From: Candidatus Anderseniibacteriota bacterium
GTDB lineage: Bacteria; Patescibacteriota; Andersenbacteria; UBA10190
DNA: 64,000 bases
NCBI GenBank assembly: GCA_040900375.1
Contig: JBBDZC010000008.1
Span: 66,182 to 130,181, forward strand
Reading direction: 5' to 3'
The position numbers were made by a program, and so were the translations under genes. Of this stretch, positions 56,679 through 64,000 are shown in pieces (position 1 is the stretch's first letter; every line of letters starts with the position of its first letter). The notes below the pieces were generated by a model, which had not been told where the DNA came from, made no database searches, and saw nothing but the letters and a program-made list of their open reading frames with translations.

Positions 56679-57257
56679 ATGATTGCGCGATTGACCGGCC
56701 AGGTCTTAGAGCAAGAAGCCAAAGCCCTCATTGTTGATGTCCAGGGCATAGGCTACCGAGTAATGGTCCTCAAAACTCTGCACGAAAAGGCGCAAGTGGG
56801 TGCGGTAGTCAACCTTTATACCCACCACCAGGTTACAGATGAGTCACAGGCGCTCTACGGTTTTATCAGCCGGGAAGAACTGCAGTTTTTTGAGCTGCTA
56901 CTGATTGTGCCTTCCGTGGGGCCGCGCACTGCCATGAGTATTTTAGAAATAGCGCCGCCCGCAACCCTCGCCCAGGCTGTTCATAACAATGATACGGTGT
57001 TGCTGACGCGCGTCTCGGGGATTGGCCGTAAAACTGCGGAACGAATTGTGGTGGAATTGCGGGGAAAGTTACCGCAGCTGGCTGGGGCGGGAGTAGCGGG
57101 TAGGATTCAGCACGAGACTATCACCGCGCTCACCGGTATTGGCTACTCACCGGCTGTCGCGCGGGAGTTAGTGAAAAAGTTACCGTCAGACATTACCAGC
57201 GTCGAAGCTGCGGTGCGCGCGGTGCTCAAGGAAAAAGTCGCGCATAATGCCCGGTAA
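56679..57257 (+). CDS. ruvA: Holliday junction DNA-binding protein RuvA
   Basis: MIA.L.G, DV.G.GY, LYGF, V..VGP..A, GIG.KTA.RI..EL. Confidence 0.96.
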   Translation: MIARLTGQVLEQEAKALIVDVQGIGYRVMVLKTLHEKAQVGAVVNLYTHHQVTDESQALYGFISREELQFFELLLIVPSVGPRTAMSILEIAPPATLAQAVHNNDTVLLTRVSGIGRKTAERIVVELRGKLPQLAGAGVAGRIQHETITALTGIGYSPAVARELVKKLPSDITSVEAAVRAVLKEKVAHNAR

Positions 57258-57260
57258 ACT

Positions 57261-58280
57261 ATGGTGAGAAGTCTCGGGGAGCTTAACCCGCAAACTTGGA
57301 ATGATTTTGTTGCCGCGCAGCCGCGAGCATCTTTTTTGCAATCGTGGGAGTGGGGTGACATGCAGCAGTCTGCCGGACTATCGCGGTGGCGCCTGGTAAC
57401 CCTTGCCCAGCAGCAGTTGCAGGGAGTCGCTCTTGTCCTCAAACGGGCTTTGCCCGGCGGGTACTCGTGGCTGTATGTTCCCCGCGGCCCCGTGTTTGCC
57501 GGATCACTTCCGACAGCGGCAGTGTGGCTTAATTTAGAAAAGCAACTGATCCAGCTCGCCCAGACAGAGGCCGCGATGTTTGTCCGGGTGGAGCCGCTCT
57601 GGTCAGCGGCGCAGACCCAGCTCTTGCAACGCCACCAGTGGCGAGGAGCGGAGCATGATGTGCAGCCACGCCACACGTTGCTACTTGATCTTAGGCAAAC
57701 AGCTTCCGCCTTACTGGCGGCGATGCACCATAAAACCCGTTACAATATTCGTTTGGCCGAGAAGCGAGGTGTCCAGGTACGTTTTTCTACCGCTCCTGCT
57801 GACCTCGAAACCTTTATTCGACTCTCTTACGACGTGGAAGAGCGTTCCGTTTTTCGGTACCATCCACCCGACTACTACCGCGCGATGCACAACGCTCTCT
57901 CGCCGAGCGGGCTGTTTGCAATAGCAATTGCCGAGCTGGCGGGGACAACGTTAGCTGCCCACATTCTGATCAGTTTTGGGGATACCGTAACCTATGTTCA
58001 TGGTGCTAGTAGTTCCCATGAGCGACAATCTATGGCGCCGCACCTGCTCCAGTGGGCATCCATTCAGTGGGCCCAAGCGGCCGGTAAGGCGACCTATGAT
58101 TTTTTTGGGGTGGCGCCACCGGGCGCCCCTAGCGATCATCCCTGGGCAGGCATTACTCGTTTTAAGGAAAGTTTTGGCGGACGGCGGGTGAGTTACCTTG
58201 GAGCCTACGACTATGTTGTGCAGCCGCAGCACTACTCGGCCTTTACACTTGCGAGGCGCCTGCGTAGATTGTGGCGATGA
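57261..58280 (+). CDS. FemABX-family peptidoglycan bridge aminoacyltransferase
   Basis: FLQS.EWG, Y.PRGP, K.RYNIR.A...GV, Y..GAS, YDF.G, G..RFK..FGG. Confidence 0.9.
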   Translation: MVRSLGELNPQTWNDFVAAQPRASFLQSWEWGDMQQSAGLSRWRLVTLAQQQLQGVALVLKRALPGGYSWLYVPRGPVFAGSLPTAAVWLNLEKQLIQLAQTEAAMFVRVEPLWSAAQTQLLQRHQWRGAEHDVQPRHTLLLDLRQTASALLAAMHHKTRYNIRLAEKRGVQVRFSTAPADLETFIRLSYDVEERSVFRYHPPDYYRAMHNALSPSGLFAIAIAELAGTTLAAHILISFGDTVTYVHGASSSHERQSMAPHLLQWASIQWAQAAGKATYDFFGVAPPGAPSDHPWAGITRFKESFGGRRVSYLGAYDYVVQPQHYSAFTLARRLRRLWR

Positions 58281-59464
58281 GCAGGTGGCAACAACTCAAG
58301 AATATCTACCACTTCGGTCAGGCCCAAGCGTGGCGTTGGTGGTATGGTCGCCCGGACCGGGGGTTACATCTCTATGGCATTACGGGCACCAATGGCAAAA
58401 CAACAACTTCGTATATCTTGGCCAGCATATTGGCGGCGGCGTATGGTCGAAAGCACGTGGGGCTGCTGACCACCGTAGCTTTTTGGGTGGGAGAGGACGA
58501 GATTATTAATGCAACAAAAATGACGACGCTGCCGAGTCGCCTCATCTTTTTTTATCTGTGGCGTATGCGCCGGGCAGGTGTTAGCCACGTCGTGATGGAA
58601 ATCACTTCTCACGCACTGGATCAGCATCGGCTGGCAGGCGTCTTGCTGGCGGGTGGGATTGTTCTCAATATTAGCCGTGAGCACTTAGACTACCACCGCA
58701 CGATGACGGCCTACGCCGCGGCGAAAGAGCGTCTCCTCAACTACTTGGCAGATGGCGCCCCCTTGGTTGGCAAAGAAGATGATCCGTACGTCAGCCGAAT
58801 TTTGACTGCCGCGCGTGAGAGCAGCCGGCAAGTTATTCCTTTTACGGCTGTCCAAGCCCACGCGGTGGCAACTCCCTTGCCGGGAGAGGTTAATCGCGAA
58901 AATGCCTTAGCCGCGACGCTCTTGGCCCAAGCTTGCCGCGTGCCGGCGGCGGCAATTGCGGCAGGCATAGCGGCGGTAAAAAATGTGCCTGGCCGGATGG
59001 AGTGGTTGGCGCTTAAGAATGGCGTGCAGGTGCTGATTGATTATGCGGTAACCCCGGGTGCCTTGACCGCTCTCTACCGCGATGTGCGGGCGACAACCAA
59101 GGGAAAAATCTATGCGGTCTTAGGGGCGGCGGGGCAGCGTGATCGAGGCAAGCGCCCCGCGATGGCGGCAGCTGTGGCTACGTATGCGGACGAAATTGTG
59201 TTGACGCGCGAAGATCCTTGGCGGGAAAATGAGGAACAGATTTTTTCTGATTTAGAGCGAGGCTTACAGACTACTGATAAGTCCTGGCGGCGCATTGTGG
59301 ATCGCACGGCGGCGCTGCGGTATTGTCTGCAGCGAGCCCAGGCCGGTGATGTGATCGTGGCGACGGGCAAGGGGGCAGAGCGCGGCATGGGTATTGGGAG
59401 CAAGGTCATACCGTGGCATGAGAAAACCGTGATCGGACAATTAGCGGAAGAACTGGGACAGTAA
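58277..59464 (+). CDS. murE: MurE-family Mur ligase
   Basis: GITGTNGKTTT, ME.TSH.L.Q.R, N...EHLDYH, PGRME, DYA.TP, G.RD..KR..M, TGKG.E. Confidence 0.88.
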   Translation: MSRWQQLKNIYHFGQAQAWRWWYGRPDRGLHLYGITGTNGKTTTSYILASILAAAYGRKHVGLLTTVAFWVGEDEIINATKMTTLPSRLIFFYLWRMRRAGVSHVVMEITSHALDQHRLAGVLLAGGIVLNISREHLDYHRTMTAYAAAKERLLNYLADGAPLVGKEDDPYVSRILTAARESSRQVIPFTAVQAHAVATPLPGEVNRENALAATLLAQACRVPAAAIAAGIAAVKNVPGRMEWLALKNGVQVLIDYAVTPGALTALYRDVRATTKGKIYAVLGAAGQRDRGKRPAMAAAVATYADEIVLTREDPWRENEEQIFSDLERGLQTTDKSWRRIVDRTAALRYCLQRAQAGDVIVATGKGAERGMGIGSKVIPWHEKTVIGQLAEELGQ

Positions 59465-59471
59465 CTCCTCT

Positions 59472-59861
59472 ATGTTGTCGTCTACCCCCTCATGGATTTT
59501 AGTGCTTGATACCTCGCGGCCCGAAGCGCAAGTTATGTTGCTTAAAGATAATCAGATCATCGGTGAGCGGCACTGGGAAAATACCCGGGCTCTGGGGCGT
59601 CAGCTGCTGGCGCAGATTGATAGTCTTCTGCGCGAGCACCAACTAGTCTTATCTGATCTGCAGCGCATTGCGGTGGTGCGTGGCCCCGGTCATTATTCAG
59701 CTGTCCGCGTCGGGGTGGTGACAGCGACGATGCTGGCGTATGCCCAGGGTGTTCCCCTGCTTGCCCTCACCAGCCAAGATCAGACACTATTATTACAGCA
59801 GGTGGTCACTGCCGAGCCTGTTGACCATGTTCAGCCAGTCTATAAGCCTTATCGCTCATGA
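59472..59861 (+). CDS. tsaB: TsaB (YeaZ), short form
   Basis: LDTS, L..I..LL, IAV..GPG.YS..RVG. Confidence 0.85.
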   Translation: MLSSTPSWILVLDTSRPEAQVMLLKDNQIIGERHWENTRALGRQLLAQIDSLLREHQLVLSDLQRIAVVRGPGHYSAVRVGVVTATMLAYAQGVPLLALTSQDQTLLLQQVVTAEPVDHVQPVYKPYRS

Positions 59862-60208
59862 TTTTCTGTACTGACCAGTCTTTAAGTGTAGCCCTGCTGA
59901 CTCATTTTCTTGACAACATCGCTGATTGTCCTCTATAATTTTCTTTATCGTCTTAGACGAGCTCGATTTGTGTGCATCAACCATATATTTCAGTACACCA
60001 TCATAACGGCAGGGCAGTCTTTTTAAGCCCTGTTGAGAGGATATTTCTCCGCTATGCTGTGTGGTACTGATAGTGACCAAAGTTTTCCACAAGACTTTTG
60101 CATGAATAACATTGGCGCCTCTGTTACCTATTGTCGTAATGACAATAGGTTGCCTGTGGTGAAGCGGCCCTATTGAGTTTTACTTTAAGTAGGGACTTAT
60201 TTTTGTTT

Positions 60209-63200
60209 ATGGCAAAAGCAAATTCACGCAAACTGATCAATTTGCGAGAACGTAAAACTTTCTCTGACGACGCGACTAGCTTTATCGAAACTCCCGATCT
60301 TTTGACGGCCCAGCTTGAATCCAATGCCTGGTTTTTTGAAGATGGTTTAGGCGAGCTCTTTGCGGAAATTTCCCCGATCGAAGACTACGGGGGCAACCTT
60401 GAGCTTCATTTTCTCGATCACTATTTAGATGCACCTAAGCATACCGAAGAAACTGCCCGGGATCGCAATGCTACCTATGAAGCACCGATTCGTTGTGCGG
60501 TGCGCCTGATTAACAAGAAAACTGGCGAGGTGAAAGAGCAGGAAGTGTACTTAGGTGAATTTCCTGTGATGACTCCCCGGGGAACCTTTATTATCAATGG
60601 AGTTGAACGAGTTGTTATTTCCCAATTAATTCGCTCGCCGGGCGTATTTTTCACGGCGACATATGCTAAGGGACGCAGCTGGTACGGCGCGAAAGTTATT
60701 CCCAATCGGGGCGCCTGGCTCGAAATTGAAACGGCCACAGACGGTGCTCTCTATGTCAAAATTGATCGCAAGCGCAAAGTGGCGGTGACGTCTCTCTTGC
60801 GCGCGATGGGCGTCGAGACCAACGAGAAGATCAAGGAATTATTTGCGGATCTTGATGTTGATCCCGAGGTTTCGTATCTCCAGGCTACGTTGGCCAAGGA
60901 CGCAGCCACCACGCAGGCGGAGGGACTTAAAGAGGTCTACAAACGTCTCCGCCCTGGTGATATGGCCACTGTTGATAATGCGCGCCAAATGATTCACGAC
61001 ATGTTTTTTCGTTTTGATCGCTATGACTTTGGCAAAGTCGGTCGCCATCGTCTCAATCAACGTTTGAATTTACAGGTTTCAGAAGAGCCGGCCCACCGCA
61101 CCCTGCGGGTTGAGGATTTAGTGGCGGTGATCCGCGAAGTGATTCGTTTGAATCGCAGCCAAGAAGAGGCTGATGATATTGATCACTTAGGCAATCGCCG
61201 CGTCCGCGCGATTGGCGAGCTGATTCAGAACAAGTTTCGGGTGGGGCTCATGCGCATGGAGCGCATCGCCAAAGACCGGATGAGCACGCTCGACTTGGAA
61301 CAGGTTACGCCGTCCCAACTTATTAACGCCCGGCCCATTATCGCGGCGATCAAGGAATTCTTTGCGAGCTCCCAGTTATCGCAGTTCATGGATCAAACGA
61401 ATATTCTCTCCGAGGTTGAGCACAAGCGTCGTCTTTCGGCGATGGGTCCGGGTGGACTCGACCGCAACCGCGCCGGTTTTGAAGTGCGGGACGTCCACCG
61501 CAGCCACTATGGCCGCATTTGTCCGATTCAGACGCCGGAGGGGCCGAACATTGGCTTGGTCGGACACATGGCGCTCTACGCCCGGCTCAACGAGTATGGT
61601 TTTCTCGAAACACCATACCGCAAAGTGGTGCAGGGGCGCGTAACTGGTACCGTGGAATATCTCGATGCCTACCAGGAAGACAAAATGATTATTGCCCACG
61701 CGGGTGAACCTCTTAATGATGACGGCACCTTTGTGCACGAGCGGGTAGAGGTGCGTGAGCAAGGCCAGTTTGCCGAGGTGCCGGCCGAGCGCGTCAACTA
61801 TATGGATGTCTCGACCCAGCAGGCCGTGAGCGTGGCGGCGAGCCTCATTCCATTTATTGAGCACGACGATGCCCAGCGTTCACTGATGGGATCAAACATG
61901 CAACGTCAGGCAGTGGCTTCAGTGAAGCCAGAGGCGCCCCGGGTGGGTACGGGAATGGAAGCCCGGGCGGCAAAAGATTCAGGACGTGTCGTCGTCTCAA
62001 CGACTGACGGGACAGTGGCGGAGGTTGATGCCGGGCATATTACAATTGTGCCGAAAACGGGCGACAAAAAGATTTACCGTCTTCACAGCTTTGAGCGGTC
62101 TAATGCCTCAACTGCCATGACGCAACATCCGTTGGTGGAAAAAGGACAAACGGTGGTTGCCGGTCAGGTGATTGCTGATGGCTCATCCACTGACAAGGGG
62201 GAAATTGCCCTAGGGCAAAACTTAGTAGTGGCGTTTGTCCCCTGGTACGGCGGTAATTTTGAGGATGCTATTGTGGTTTCTGAACGCGTGGTGCAGCAGG
62301 ATCGCTACAGCTCGATCCACATTGAAGACTTTGTGCTGGACGTGCGAGATACAAAACTTGGTCCGGAAGTTATTACGCGCGATATTCCTAATGTCGGTGA
62401 AGAAAAGTTACGCAACTTAGGTGAAGATGGAATTGTCCGCATTGGCGCCGAGGTGCGGTCGGGCGATATTTTAGTTGGTAAGGTGACGAATAAAGGGGAA
62501 ACTGATTTGACGGCAGAAGAACGCCTGCTGCGGGCGATTTTTGGGGAGAAGGCTAAAGACGTCAAGGACACGTCGCTGTATCTACGCCACGGCGAGATGG
62601 GTAAAGTGATTGACCTCAAGACGTTTGCCCGCGAAGAGGGTGATAAACTGCCGAGTGGCGTAATCAAACAGGTGCAAGTGGGCGTAGCCCAACTGCGCAA
62701 ACTCCAAGTTGGTGATAAGTTTGCCGGACGTCACGGTAATAAAGGTGTCATCTCAAAGATCATGCCGGTTGAAGACATGCCCTACTTAGCTGATGGGACT
62801 CCAGTGGATATCGTGCTCAACCCCATGGGGGTGGCGAGCCGCATGAACATTGGCCAGATTCTGGAAACTCATCTCGGGATGGCGGCATACAAGATGGATT
62901 ACTTTGTAGCTTCGCCGCCTTTTGCGGGTGTGCCGGAAGAGCAGGTACGACAGCAGCTTCAGCAAGCCGGTTTGCCGGAGCATGGCAAAATTGAGGTCTT
63001 TGATGGTTTATCGGGCGAAAAATTTGATAATCCGGTAACAGTGGGGGTGATGTACATCTTAAAACTCCACCACTTAGTGGAAGATAAGATTCATATGCGG
63101 TCGACTGGCCCATACTCCTTAGTGACCCAACAGCCCTTAGGCGGCAAAGCCCAGTTTGGCGGCCAGCGTTTTGGCGAGATGGAAGTCTGGGCGCTCGAGG

Positions 63201-63475
63201 CCTATGGCGCCGCGTATAGTCTCCAAGAAATGCTGACGATTAAGTCCGATGATGTCTTTGGCCGCAGCAAGACGTATGAAGCAATTGTGAAGGGCGAAGA
63301 GATTACACCACCCCACGCGCCGGCGGCTTTTGATGTCTTAGTCCAAGAACTTAAAGGTTTAGCCCTCGACGTGGAACTCGTGGGTCAAAAGAAAGCGGGC
63401 GAAGCAATTCAGACAGAGCACGTGGGGGCCGAGCGCGCGCTCTCCCCGCGGCATAAGCGAGTGCGGATTCGTTAA
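60209..63475 (+). CDS. rpoB: RNA polymerase beta subunit
   Basis: [48 protein letters not shown]; start ATG 60209. Confidence 0.99.
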   Translation: MAKANSRKLINLRERKTFSDDATSFIETPDLLTAQLESNAWFFEDGLGELFAEISPIEDYGGNLELHFLDHYLDAPKHTEETARDRNATYEAPIRCAVRLINKKTGEVKEQEVYLGEFPVMTPRGTFIINGVERVVISQLIRSPGVFFTATYAKGRSWYGAKVIPNRGAWLEIETATDGALYVKIDRKRKVAVTSLLRAMGVETNEKIKELFADLDVDPEVSYLQATLAKDAATTQAEGLKEVYKRLRPGDMATVDNARQMIHDMFFRFDRYDFGKVGRHRLNQRLNLQVSEEPAHRTLRVEDLVAVIREVIRLNRSQEEADDIDHLGNRRVRAIGELIQNKFRVGLMRMERIAKDRMSTLDLEQVTPSQLINARPIIAAIKEFFASSQLSQFMDQTNILSEVEHKRRLSAMGPGGLDRNRAGFEVRDVHRSHYGRICPIQTPEGPNIGLVGHMALYARLNEYGFLETPYRKVVQGRVTGTVEYLDAYQEDKMIIAHAGEPLNDDGTFVHERVEVREQGQFAEVPAERVNYMDVSTQQAVSVAASLIPFIEHDDAQRSLMGSNMQRQAVASVKPEAPRVGTGMEARAAKDSGRVVVSTTDGTVAEVDAGHITIVPKTGDKKIYRLHSFERSNASTAMTQHPLVEKGQTVVAGQVIADGSSTDKGEIALGQNLVVAFVPWYGGNFEDAIVVSERVVQQDRYSSIHIEDFVLDVRDTKLGPEVITRDIPNVGEEKLRNLGEDGIVRIGAEVRSGDILVGKVTNKGETDLTAEERLLRAIFGEKAKDVKDTSLYLRHGEMGKVIDLKTFAREEGDKLPSGVIKQVQVGVAQLRKLQVGDKFAGRHGNKGVISKIMPVEDMPYLADGTPVDIVLNPMGVASRMNIGQILETHLGMAAYKMDYFVASPPFAGVPEEQVRQQLQQAGLPEHGKIEVFDGLSGEKFDNPVTVGVMYILKLHHLVEDKIHMRSTGPYSLVTQQPLGGKAQFGGQRFGEMEVWALEAYGAAYSLQEMLTIKSDDVFGRSKTYEAIVKGEEITPPHAPAAFDVLVQELKGLALDVELVGQKKAGEAIQTEHVGAERALSPRHKRVRIR

Positions 63476-63480
63476 TTTAG

Positions 63481-64000
<520 letters not shown>

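Noticed and set aside
12125-57257. ruvA, ruvB and ruvC dispersed rather than in one operon
   Set aside because: Such scattering is common outside Proteobacteria and is not evidence of a new system

Overview
Chromosomal window spanning the replication origin of a reduced-genome bacterium. The gene content and protein styles suggest Patescibacteria/CPR (inference). It runs yidC-yidD-rnpA-rpmH <- oriC -> dnaA-dnaN-recF-dciA-like, then housekeeping genes (PBP1A, ruvC/B/A, polA, uppP, tsaE/B, holA, rpsT, truB, uvrB, femAB-like, murE, rpoB, 5' rpoC) interleaved with envelope and surface loci. The most notable signals are these. (1) A four-gene exopolysaccharide operon: a nucleotide-sugar dehydrogenase, a HasA/Alg8-like GT2 synthase fused to LysM and a motif-less AlgG-like beta-helix, a secreted AlgG-like C5-epimerase with an intact DPHD motif, and a further beta-helix enzyme. 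(2) A putative fibre system in which a SipW peptidase is fused to its own SipW-type substrate. That substrate carries one copy of an ~70-90 aa TGxxSxN/TGxN repeat also found in a nearby secreted 4-repeat protein and an anchored 7-repeat protein, next to a TasA-like gene. (3) An unannotated ~130-nt structured RNA with its own sigma70 promoter. (4) An internally deleted yebC remnant. (5) Inverted DnaA-box pairs far from oriC in front of surface-protein genes. (6) Many apparently leaderless genes. No CRISPR array, rRNA, tRNA or mobile element was recognised.
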